This document shows positions 19,834-28,501 of a DNA stretch of 64,000 nt, piece after piece. The translations under genes were made by a program, and so were the position numbers. This DNA is from Caldilineaceae bacterium SB0661_bin_34 (lineage in GTDB: Bacteria > Chloroflexota > Anaerolineae > Caldilineales > Caldilineaceae): contig VXMJ01000040.1 in NCBI GenBank assembly GCA_009841145.1, positions 2,324 to 66,323 on the forward strand, given 5' to 3'. Position 1 is the first letter of the stretch. The number at the start of each line of letters is the position of its first letter. The notes under the pieces were generated by a model. The model had not been told where the DNA came from. It made no database searches and saw nothing but the letters and a program-made list of their open reading frames with translations.

Positions 19834-21069
19834 TCAACGGCCGGAATCCAGCATCCCGTCCAGATACAACAGGGCGGTTCCCAGAACCTGGGCTCCGGCC
19901 ACACAGTCCTCGGGCGGCGTGTATTCATCGGGCGAATGACTCACACCATTGCGGCTGGGCACAAACAGCATGGCCTGCGGGGCAAGGTCCGCCATGCACA
20001 TGGCATCGTGGCCGGCTCCGCTGGCCATCCGCGCATAGGCAAACCCGTTGTCCTCGCAGGCCGCCACCAGGGCCTGCACCAACAGGGGATCCGAATCCAC
20101 GGGTGGCTTGTTCGAGGTCTGCACGAATGCGGCCTGCAGTTTTCCCGCCTCTTCCTCCAGTTGTCGCTCCGCACGATCCAGCACACCCTCATCCAAACCG
20201 CGGATTTCCAAGTTGATGATCACCTGTCCCGGAATGACATTGGGAGAGCCCGGCAGGATGTCCATTTTCCCCACGGTGCCGACGATGCCGTGCTGCTCGG
20301 CCACAGCCTTGACCTGGAGAATGTAGGGAGCCGCCATGACCAGGGCGTCCTGCCGATCCTGCATTAGGGTGGTACCGGCATGATTGGCGTACCCGTTGAC
20401 CGTGACCTCGTACCGGCGAATGCCCGCGATGCCCTCCACAACCCCAATCGGTTTCCGTTGGGTTTCCAGGCGCCGACCCTGTTCGATGTGCAGTTCCAGA
20501 AAGGCGGCCGGGCCGGCGGTTCGTCTGGCCTCGGTGACCCGATCCGGGTCCAGCCCGGAGTCCCGCAGGTGATCCGCCACGGTCCGACTGTCCCACGCCC
20601 GGTGGTTGACAACGTCCGGGGCCAGGGTGCCCGCCATCGCCCGGCTGCCAAAAGTGGCCCCGGACATCGTCGCTTCCTCGGCGGCGAAGTTGATAACCTC
20701 GACGGGATGCCGCAAACGCCGGTTCTCCTGGTACAAAGCCCGTACCGCAGCCAAAGCCGACAACACGCCCAAGGCACCGTCGTACCTCCCCCCGTTGGGT
20801 ACGGTATCAGTGTGAGAGCCCAAGGCAATGGGAGCCAATCCGCTCTCCGTTCCCGGATACACCCAGGTGTCGTTGCCGGCACTGTCCGTGGTTTCAGACA
20901 GACCCAGAGCGGCGAATTCGGCCCGGACCCATTCCCGGCCTTCCCGGTCTTCTTGGCTGTAGGCAATGCGCGTCACGCCCCCTTGTGCATCCGCACCAAT
21001 GGCGGCCAATGTCTCCAGATCGCGTACCAGCCGGTCGCCGTCTATCCGCAGCGATGGTTGCCTTGACAT
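19834..21069 (-). CDS. M20-family amidase (N-carbamoyl-L-amino-acid hydrolase / allantoate amidohydrolase type)
   Basis: GGVTRIAYSQED...GSHTDTVPNGGRYDGALGV... is the hallmark of AmaB/AllC-type enzymes. Start at MSRQPS (21069). It lies immediately downstream of the cyclic amidohydrolase. Confidence 0.85.
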   Translation of the reverse strand: MSRQPSLRIDGDRLVRDLETLAAIGADAQGGVTRIAYSQEDREGREWVRAEFAALGLSETTDSAGNDTWVYPGTESGLAPIALGSHTDTVPNGGRYDGALGVLSALAAVRALYQENRRLRHPVEVINFAAEEATMSGATFGSRAMAGTLAPDVVNHRAWDSRTVADHLRDSGLDPDRVTEARRTAGPAAFLELHIEQGRRLETQRKPIGVVEGIAGIRRYEVTVNGYANHAGTTLMQDRQDALVMAAPYILQVKAVAEQHGIVGTVGKMDILPGSPNVIPGQVIINLEIRGLDEGVLDRAERQLEEEAGKLQAAFVQTSNKPPVDSDPLLVQALVAACEDNGFAYARMASGAGHDAMCMADLAPQAMLFVPSRNGVSHSPDEYTPPEDCVAGAQVLGTALLYLDGMLDSGR

Positions 21070-21286
21070 CGTTGCAATCGATCCTCTGTTTGTTCCAAGC
21101 AAATGATGAGGTTGGACGGCCGTCGACCGGCGGTGATGCCAGTGCGGTCCGTGGTTGAGAATAGCACGGGGCCAAGTTCCGTCGCCGTCGGCTAGAATCG
21201 CAACCAGCCGAAAGGAGACTACGGGAGGGCAACCGCGGATGCGGTTGCACCCGGCTCCTCCCATGCCACACTCAAGGGGAATTGAG

Positions 21287-22285
21287 ATGCAGCCACTACC
21301 GGAAGGGCGTTCCCTAGCCCAGACCTATGAACTTCTGCAGGGGGCGATTGACATTCATGTCCATGCCGGCCCGCACCTGACCTCGAGTCCCCGCCGCGTC
21401 GATCCCTTCGAGGCTGCCCAGGAAGCGAAGGACGCCGGCATGCAGGCCATCGTCCTGCTGGATGTGTTCGAAATGACGAACGGCGTCTCCTGGCTCGTCA
21501 ACAAAATCGTGCCCGACTTCCAAACTTACGGTGGCTTGATCCTGAACACCGTCTACGGGGGCATGAACCCGCGGGCGGTGAAAACGGCCCTCCACTATGG
21601 GGACTGTGCCAAGTACATCAGTTTCGGCGCCCACTCCACCTACTTTCAGGCGGCCCGAGAAGGACGGTACGTCGACGGCCAGTTCCGTCCCCTGTCGGAG
21701 CTCTTTCCCAAATTCAAGACGGAGGAGCTGGATCGCTGCATCCGCATTCCGGTTGACGAGGATCCGGACGAGCACCTGGACGAGATCCTCACCCTGATTG
21801 CCGAAAACCCGCAGGTGTACATGGATACCGGGCATGTCTCCGTGGAAGAGGCTGTGCGTCTGGTAGACCTGCAGGGCCGCTACGGGTACAGCAATGTGAT
21901 TGTGTCCAGTTCCGTCACGAAGATTGCCTCCATCGAAACCCTGCAGGCGATGGCGGCCAAGGGTGCGCTGATCGAATTCTCCTTTGCGGCCTACACGGCG
22001 GCCACGCCCATTCCCCTGACGCACTACTACGTGGAAAAGGAATACACCTCGATCGACGAGGGCATGAGCGAGGGCCCCAAGGGCGGCATTACGGAAGTGG
22101 CACGCTACATTGAAGCCATCGGAGCCGAACACTGTGTCATGTCCACGGATTTTGGCCGCTATGCGCTGTCCACACCGGTGGAAGGCCTGCGCCAATTCAT
22201 CGCCTGCATGCTGGATCTGGGCATCCCCGCTGACGATGTCCATACCATGATCAAGACCAATCCGGAACGGCTTCTGCAGCTATAG
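21287..22285 (+). CDS. Amidohydrolase-superfamily TIM-barrel-like protein of unknown specificity
   Basis: N-terminal AIDIHVH metal motif, later GAHS, TGH and STDFG. Divergent from the amidohydrolase/M20 pair. Start at MQPLPEG (21287). Confidence 0.55.
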   Translation: MQPLPEGRSLAQTYELLQGAIDIHVHAGPHLTSSPRRVDPFEAAQEAKDAGMQAIVLLDVFEMTNGVSWLVNKIVPDFQTYGGLILNTVYGGMNPRAVKTALHYGDCAKYISFGAHSTYFQAAREGRYVDGQFRPLSELFPKFKTEELDRCIRIPVDEDPDEHLDEILTLIAENPQVYMDTGHVSVEEAVRLVDLQGRYGYSNVIVSSSVTKIASIETLQAMAAKGALIEFSFAAYTAATPIPLTHYYVEKEYTSIDEGMSEGPKGGITEVARYIEAIGAEHCVMSTDFGRYALSTPVEGLRQFIACMLDLGIPADDVHTMIKTNPERLLQL

Positions 22286-22570
22286 GACAGGGCGGTCATG
22301 GGGACATGGTTGTTGAACTTCGTTCCTCAGGCAGCGGCGGTTCTGCCGAAACCTGACGAATCAGGGCTATTTTGAGCGGCAACCGACCGGGAACCACGGC
22401 GAGTCGGAGGCACATCCACCTCCTTGGCGACAGAGCTAGGGACCAAAACCCTAGCAACTCGGCAAGGGCGGCTTGCCCTGCCGGTCAACAGTCCCGAAAC
22501 CGTTCATGCCATCAAGCTATCCAAGCACAAAACCGATGGCTTCCGGCTCATCGGGAAACCTCCATCTGCG

Positions 22571-23050
22571 TTACCGGTGGCGCGGTGTCAGGAACCTCAG
22601 TTCATGGAACAACACCGATGAGTTTGGCATTTTCTTGTTGCACCAGCCATGGAGGGCACGGTCCATGGTCAGGACCTGGCGGCCTGGTGATGCAATTGTC
22701 AACATGACGCTGTCGCACAACCCTAACCTCGGAAACTCCTCGGCTGCGCTGGCGGTGACACTTTCCACCAAGAGTTCGGTACTGTTGGAAATGACAGCGC
22801 GCAAGTGTTGGAACAATCTCGTGCGCTCAGGTTCACCGTGGTAACCGAGGAGATTGGATGTCTCTGTCAGCACGTTCGGAGTCACCATGATGCCGTTGAA
22901 CGTACTCAAGTGTTGTTGCAATATCCCGTAGTCGCTCTTCAGGAATTCTCTCAATCTCCTGTGGGTGTCGATGATCGCCAAGTCGACCCGACCTGCTATA
23001 TGCAAGACCAGCAAGTTGCTGTCGATCACGCACTGGCGGTGCCCTTGCAC
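22571..23050 (-). CDS. PIN-domain protein (VapC-like putative ribonuclease)
   Basis: The four acidic positions fall in the expected order (VIDSN ... VLTETSN ... LCDSV ... LTMDRA). GTG start 12 nt after the upstream 83-aa gene. It sits in an A/T-richer islet. Confidence 0.6.
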   Translation of the reverse strand: MQGHRQCVIDSNLLVLHIAGRVDLAIIDTHRRLREFLKSDYGILQQHLSTFNGIMVTPNVLTETSNLLGYHGEPERTRLFQHLRAVISNSTELLVESVTASAAEEFPRLGLCDSVMLTIASPGRQVLTMDRALHGWCNKKMPNSSVLFHELRFLTPRHR

Positions 23051-23062
23051 TTCAAGCCGCCT

Positions 23063-23314
23063 TTACAACGAATCGATGTTTCGTATGCTTATCAGTTCTC
23101 CGAATTTGTCCAATGTAAGTTGCTTGTAAACCCTGATCAACTCACCGAATTGGCTTGCGTCGTTCCAGTTTCTTTCATATCCAATCGTTATGAGCCACTG
23201 GTCTTCTTCGTAGTCGAAATTCAGCTCCTCAAGACCCACGCGTGAAATCCCTTGGTCTTGAAAGAATGTTACGACCAAATCCCGAGCTTTCTGGACGGCT
23301 TGCTCAGCGTTCAT
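23063..23314 (-). CDS. Hypothetical 83-aa protein coupled to the PIN gene (putative non-canonical antitoxin)
   Basis: The ATG at 23314 gives MNAEQAVQKARDLVV... I see no RHH, AbrB, HTH or Phd signature. The position directly upstream of the PIN gene is the only functional clue. Confidence 0.4.
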   Translation of the reverse strand: MNAEQAVQKARDLVVTFFQDQGISRVGLEELNFDYEEDQWLITIGYERNWNDASQFGELIRVYKQLTLDKFGELISIRNIDSL

Positions 23315-23382
23315 ATGTCTTCCACCGTAGCCCAATGTCCCTCGAAATAATGCCGCGGATTGGCAACATCCGGGATCGTACT

Positions 23383-23928
23383 CTACCACCCGCTTAGACA
23401 CGGAAAACAGAGCAAACCCACTGCGTTCGAGACTGTTGCAATGCGAGTGGGAACCGGTGCAGAGACGCGTAAAGGACCGGGAACCAGACCACGGAAGGGG
23501 TGAGCCACACTGTGCTGTCCCCTTTGACTGTAGCCGGTCACGTTCTCCAGCGTTGGATTGCCTCCAGCCTCGATGCCGTCTTCAGGAAAGAAGCCTTGCA
23601 CCGCATCCGGCAAACCAAAGTGAAACCGCGCGCCGTTCTTGGGCGCGACCAACGTTGACCACATGAAAGGTCTCAGTGACGGCACCGGCAATGGCTCGCC
23701 CCCGTCCGCAATAGGCAGGTACAGCCGATCCACCACCGGACCGCGCTAGTCTGAGCCGGCGTCTATGCCGGGCAGTCCGTTCTTGATACCCCGCAGACAG
23801 CCCAGGTTGCCGGAGGAGACGGCAAGCCGGCAACGGCCGCTCCACGGCTCAATCGCCTTGCCACAGGACCCGGCCAACCCGTAACGCTGCTTGGCTCCGT
23901 CCTCTCTGCAGTCCCACTCCTGTGGCAA
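23383..23928 (-). pseudogene. Interrupted ORF of unknown family (in-frame TAG at 23746-23748)
   Basis: ORFs 23746-23928 and 23383-23736 are in the same frame, separated only by TAG plus 3 codons. The upstream part has no ATG (TTG only). No family recognised. Confidence 0.25.
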
Positions 23929-23974
23929 AACCTTGAAGTTCAGGTTTTCTAAATGTGCAATGCCAAGTGCGAGC

Positions 23975-24331
23975 CTACATTGACCTCATTCCTGCCGGGA
24001 GATCCCGATGCTTGGCCGGCGGCATGCCCTGTGCCGGATACTCGACGGGCTCGAGACGCAGCCTGAGCCCTAGGGCACGGGTGACCTTCAGCAGTGTTGC
24101 CAAGGTAGGATTGCCGTCTTCAGACAGTGCTTTGTAGAGGTTGCCTCGGTTGAGCTCCGTGTCGCGTGCAAGGGCACTCATGTTCTGTGTCCGGGCGATG
24201 TACTTCAGGGCCGCGCGAATCACAACCCCGTCTCCAAGGTCTTCCTCTGCCGCCGCTTTGAGAAGCCCTTGGACATCCTGCTCGGTCTGTACGTAGTCCG
24301 CGGCATCAAACTCCCGATACTCCTCAGGCAT
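23975..24331 (-). CDS. higA: HigA-family addiction-module antidote protein (HTH, TIGR02684-like)
   Basis: MPEEYREFDAADYVQTEQDVQGLLKAA...MSALARDTELNRGNLYKALSEDGNPTLATLLKVTRALGLRL is a near-textbook match to this antitoxin family. The ATG at 24331 shares one base with the TAA of the toxin relic (TAATG). Confidence 0.85.
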   Translation of the reverse strand: MPEEYREFDAADYVQTEQDVQGLLKAAAEEDLGDGVVIRAALKYIARTQNMSALARDTELNRGNLYKALSEDGNPTLATLLKVTRALGLRLRLEPVEYPAQGMPPAKHRDLPAGMRSM

Positions 24332-24456
24332 TAGTCCCACTCCTTCGCCATTCGCTTGGCCCGTTCAATGTCTCGCCGCTGGCCGTCCTCGTCACCGGCA
24401 CCAAGCGGGACGATCAACTGCAGGGCAACCAAGGTCTTGGGCCCTGCTGCAGAAGT
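24331..24456 (-). pseudogene. HigB-type killer-protein relic (C-terminal ~35 codons only)
   Basis: The frame reads ...LVALQLIVPLGAGDEDGQRRDIERAKRMAKEWD*, to be compared with the family C-terminus (..LLCGGDKstQ.rDIerAk.la.ew). It opens just after a TGA, has no start codon, and its N-terminal two thirds are missing. The space is occupied by the 3-prime end of the 24476-26623 gene. Confidence 0.6.
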
Positions 24457-24475
24457 TCATGACGCGCGGGCCAGG

Positions 24476-26623
24476 TCAGGCGATGTCCTTTACACAGCGG
24501 AAGCCGATGGTGGCGCAGCGGTCAAGGCCGGGATACATCAGCAGCATCTTCTCGTGGCAGTCGTTGGGTTGCGCGCCGCTGGCGTTGTACCAGATGCTGC
24601 CCTCCACCTTGAGATGACTGCCACCGCGAATAATGGCGTAGCGGGTATGGCCATCGTCACGTTCACTTTCGGTCCACTCCCACACATTGCCGGCCATGTC
24701 CAGGATTCCGTAGCAGCTGACGCCACCTGGATACTGATCCACCGGCGTGGTGTCGTCGGACCCGCTGTTGCACAGGGATGAGTCGAAGCGATCCCCCCAG
24801 GGCCAGACGGCAAACCCCGCCGCGCGCTGCCACTCCTCTTCGCGTGGCAGGCGCTTGCCCGCCCAGCGTGCATACGCCCGCGCGTCGTCCAGGTCCACCC
24901 ACACCACCGGGTGCCGCTCCTTCCTTGTCGGCACGGACCAAGTCCAGGGTTCTCGCTCCTTTCCCGCCGCGCGCAGCCAATGGCGCAGGAAGTGGGTCGG
25001 ATCCCGCGGCATGTAATGGGTCGCCTCCAAGAACTCGCGGTAGGCGGCATTCGTCACTTCGGTCTCATCCATCCAGTAGTCGGCCAGAGCGATGTGTTGG
25101 GGGGGATGGTTCTTGTCCAGATGGTGGTCAATGCCGCCATAGCAAGCTCCCTCCATAACGGTCGAGGTGTTGTGGCAGACTACGAAGCGGAAGAGCCCGC
25201 CCGGCACATGACACATGCCCTCCGGCTCCTCGCCGTCGGCGGCCGGGTTAGAGGGAGCTGAGACCTGCAGTGTCAGGTCGGCCAGGGTGACGCGGGTGCG
25301 GTCGATACCGGTGCCTACCATCGCAGACGACGTCGTTATGGGGACGGATGGCAACGCCACGGCCATATCGGCTGGCGCCGACACCACGCAGCCGGCTTCG
25401 CCCGGCTCCAGCGAAAGGGCGAGACAATGGGAATCCGCGTGTGCCTCCGGCTGGATCTCCATGCTTTGCCACACGTCGTAGTAACGAAGCCCAAGGCCGC
25501 CCTCCGTTGCCGACGGGACTGTCAACAAAGGTGCATGGACCGGACCACCAGACGCATTGAGCAGCGTGTGCACGGTGACGTCTCCCGAGTGCCAACGGTG
25601 CGCGTACACGCCTTCCACATGCGTAGCGACATAGGGCTGCCAGCTCGGATCCTGAAAGGCCTCCGCGTACTCGCGCAGAAGCCGGACGCAACGGCGCAAC
25701 AGGGCACGCTCCTCCGAGGACCAAGGGTTCCACCAACCGAAGATGTTCTCCCATACGACCAGTCCGCAACCGTGGAAGAAGGCCTCCTGAATGTAGGCCC
25801 GCCGATCGAGCGACTCCCGGTCGATGGCTCGAAACGAGAAGCGGGGCTCCAGCCAGCGAATGGTCGACAGCTTGGGCGGTGCAAGCGCGGAATGCGGCAA
25901 CCAACTTCCGGTGATCGAGTTGAGCGCGTCCAACGGCGGCACGCCCTCCGGATTGAAGACGACATGCGGGTTGGCTCGTTCCAGAGGTGCGCGGAATCCC
26001 GGATCGTCGAAAGCCATCGTGTCGAGAAAAACCCCGTCGGCCCCTATGGCCTCGATCAATGCGGCCAGGGCTTCCGCGTCGGCCAGGGCAGAGGCTCCCT
26101 TTTCGGGAAAGGTGTAGCGGTAGCCCCGGGGATCCGCACTGGGGCCAACCCCGGCCTCGCGACGGGTGCCAATGTCCCACGGGTTGTAGCTCACAAACAC
26201 GCGCACGCCCCGTTCGTGCGCGCGCTCAGTCAGGGAGCGCAAACCCGGCAGCCCTCCGGGCATATCGCGATAGAAGTCGATCTGGTTGCGCCCGTCAATA
26301 CCCAGGCGGGGGTAGGACTGCCACAACATGATGAAGTCGTAGCCGCCGAATTCGCGCTCGCCGTCGTCGAGAATCTCGTCGATACGGTAGCGGTTTGCCT
26401 CGCGATCATAGAAACTGGTGTCGTACATGAACAGAAAGGCCTCGACATAGGCCCGGCGATACCAGGCCAAGTCCTCGCGCTCGAAGATGCGGCCATCTAG
26501 CGTGCGGCGCAGTTGCCCACGAATGCGCGCCAGTTCAGCATCGACGGCCTCCGGGCGCCCCACATAAGGCGAGAAGTCAATGAACGGACTGGCGCGCCAA
26601 GCAGCCGGATCAGGGGACTTCAT
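24476..26623 (-). CDS. Fusion protein: N-terminal TIM-barrel glycosidase-like domain plus C-terminal FGE-sulfatase (SUMF1/EgtB/PvdO) domain
   Basis: The C-terminus has the FGE-domain hallmarks (YWMDETEVTNAAYREF, HPVVWVDLDDARAYARWAGKRLPREEEW, GNVWEWTES...IIRGGS). The N-terminal ~430 aa (YNPWDIG..., DGVFLDTM) looks like a GH-like barrel. No signal peptide. Confidence 0.8.
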   Translation of the reverse strand: MKSPDPAAWRASPFIDFSPYVGRPEAVDAELARIRGQLRRTLDGRIFEREDLAWYRRAYVEAFLFMYDTSFYDREANRYRIDEILDDGEREFGGYDFIMLWQSYPRLGIDGRNQIDFYRDMPGGLPGLRSLTERAHERGVRVFVSYNPWDIGTRREAGVGPSADPRGYRYTFPEKGASALADAEALAALIEAIGADGVFLDTMAFDDPGFRAPLERANPHVVFNPEGVPPLDALNSITGSWLPHSALAPPKLSTIRWLEPRFSFRAIDRESLDRRAYIQEAFFHGCGLVVWENIFGWWNPWSSEERALLRRCVRLLREYAEAFQDPSWQPYVATHVEGVYAHRWHSGDVTVHTLLNASGGPVHAPLLTVPSATEGGLGLRYYDVWQSMEIQPEAHADSHCLALSLEPGEAGCVVSAPADMAVALPSVPITTSSAMVGTGIDRTRVTLADLTLQVSAPSNPAADGEEPEGMCHVPGGLFRFVVCHNTSTVMEGACYGGIDHHLDKNHPPQHIALADYWMDETEVTNAAYREFLEATHYMPRDPTHFLRHWLRAAGKEREPWTWSVPTRKERHPVVWVDLDDARAYARWAGKRLPREEEWQRAAGFAVWPWGDRFDSSLCNSGSDDTTPVDQYPGGVSCYGILDMAGNVWEWTESERDDGHTRYAIIRGGSHLKVEGSIWYNASGAQPNDCHEKMLLMYPGLDRCATIGFRCVKDIA

Positions 26624-26740
26624 GGCTTCAATCTCGGAAAGGATCTGTCTTCAGCGGGGAACAGACGGATTTCCAGTCGCCCGCTGCCGATGGTGAGAAC
26701 GCTGGTCGTACTGCTGCTTCTGTCCCCACCAGAGCATGGT

Positions 26741-27685
26741 CTATTGGGACTGCCCGTAGATCGTTCGATGTAGCTGCTCGGCCTGCTCGCGATGGGCGAG
26801 GGCGGGAACCACCCCAATCTTGTCGCAGGCCAGGCGGCCGGTGCAACAGGCGAACCGGACCGCTTCCCGCAGGGACTTCCCTTCGGCCAAGGCAACCGCC
26901 AAGCCTCCGTTGAAAGCGTCTCCCGCGCCCGTGGTGTCCACGATGTCCCTTGACAACGCGATGCCGGCTACTTCAAACGTATCGGACTCGGACAGGACCA
27001 AGGCTCCCTTTTCACCCTGGGTCACGATCAGGTTCCGAACCCCTTGCGCCTGCATCTGCCTAGCCAAGTCAAGGGTCGGCGTTGGATCATCGGCCGGCAG
27101 GCCCTGCAGAATACGCAGTTCGGTTTCGTTGGGGGTCAGATAATCCACGTTGCGCAGCACGGCCTCATCGAGATGGGTGGCCGGGGCGGGGTTCAGAATC
27201 GTGCGCACTCCATGCCTTCTGCCAAGGGCCATGGCGCGGGTCGCCGCTTCCACCGGGATTTCCAGAACCGACATGACCACATCGCTGCGGGCGATCTGGT
27301 CTTCCAGCTGATCGACGAAAGCCCCGTCCATGCCTTCATTCGCGCCCATGTCTATAACAATGCCGTTTTCGCCGGCCTGGTTCAGGATGATGAAGCCCGC
27401 GCCCGTGGATGCCGCGCCTGTCCGTTGCAAGTATGTAGTGTCAACTCCTTCCTGGGCGTAGAGGTCGGTGGCGATTTCGCCCAGCTGGTCGGTGCCGATG
27501 ATTCCGGCAAAGGCGGCTTGGGCCCCAAGTCTGGCGATTGCCACTGCCTGATTGGATCCCTTGCCGCCCGGTCCCATGTCGAAATCGGAGCCAATCAGCG
27601 TCTCGCCGAAGATCGGCATGCGTTGAGTGCGCAAGGTCATGCCCACCACGAAACTGCCGGCAACCGTGATCAGGGGCCTGTTCAT
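26741..27685 (-). CDS. rbsK: Ribokinase (PfkB family)
   Basis: GPGGKGSNQAVAIARLG and DTTGAGDAFNGGLAVAL motifs. Start at MNRPLITV (27685), with AGAGG upstream. Confidence 0.85.
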   Translation of the reverse strand: MNRPLITVAGSFVVGMTLRTQRMPIFGETLIGSDFDMGPGGKGSNQAVAIARLGAQAAFAGIIGTDQLGEIATDLYAQEGVDTTYLQRTGAASTGAGFIILNQAGENGIVIDMGANEGMDGAFVDQLEDQIARSDVVMSVLEIPVEAATRAMALGRRHGVRTILNPAPATHLDEAVLRNVDYLTPNETELRILQGLPADDPTPTLDLARQMQAQGVRNLIVTQGEKGALVLSESDTFEVAGIALSRDIVDTTGAGDAFNGGLAVALAEGKSLREAVRFACCTGRLACDKIGVVPALAHREQAEQLHRTIYGQSQ

Positions 27686-27769
27686 GGGCATGTACCTCTG
27701 CACGAAACCATTGGGAAATTCAACTTCACGGAGCTTGTCTACGGATTGTTCACACCAAGCGCGGCTGCC

Positions 27770-28501
27770 CTATTGCTGTCCGAACAGAGAGCCAACACCG
27801 CCACCGTCACCTCCACCCTGTCCCTGGGCGTTGGGCATGTAGGAGGCCAGTTTGGCAGCCAGGTTGCTGAGCGTCATGGTTTGCAGCCAGACATGCCCGG
27901 GACCCTGCAGCGAGGCCAAAAACAAGCCTTCACCCCCGAAGATCATGTTGCGGACGCCTTTCACCCTTTCGATGTCAAACCTCACAGAGCTTTCGAACAT
28001 GGCTACATGGCCCGGGTCCACACGTATCTGTTGGCCTGGGGCCAAATCGTATTCCACCACTTCCCCGGGTACTTCGGCAAAGGCAAGGCCCTGACCACTC
28101 AGTCGCTGCAGGATGAAGCCTTCACCACCGAAAAGCATGGTTCCCAGACTGCGCTGAAAATGCAGTTCCAGGTCAACCGTGCTCTCGGCCACCATGAACG
28201 CATCGCGCTGCACGATGACGTCCCGGCCACTGTCAAGCTGGACAGGGATCACCTTGCCCGGGGCAAAAGGTGTGAAGGCAACCTGGCAATTGGCCTCGCG
28301 GGCCTCGTAGGTCGTCATGAAGAAGGACTCACCCGTGAACTTGCGCTTGAGTCCGCCAAACAGTCCTCCGGGCATTGTGGTATCCATCTTGACATTGCCC
28401 ATCTGCCAGGCCATGCCACCGGATTCCGTAATCACGGATTCACCGGATTGCAGGGTAAGCACAACAGCCTGCATGGTGGATCCATGAATCGCATATTCCA
28501 T
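27770..28501 (-). CDS. AIM24 / TIGR00266 (DUF124) family protein
   Basis: MEYAIHGSTMQAVVLTLQSGESV...FGGEGF...FGGEGLFL... shows the repeats typical of the family, plus a Gly-rich tail. Start at 28501. Confidence 0.75.
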   Translation of the reverse strand: MEYAIHGSTMQAVVLTLQSGESVITESGGMAWQMGNVKMDTTMPGGLFGGLKRKFTGESFFMTTYEAREANCQVAFTPFAPGKVIPVQLDSGRDVIVQRDAFMVAESTVDLELHFQRSLGTMLFGGEGFILQRLSGQGLAFAEVPGEVVEYDLAPGQQIRVDPGHVAMFESSVRFDIERVKGVRNMIFGGEGLFLASLQGPGHVWLQTMTLSNLAAKLASYMPNAQGQGGGDGGGVGSLFGQQ

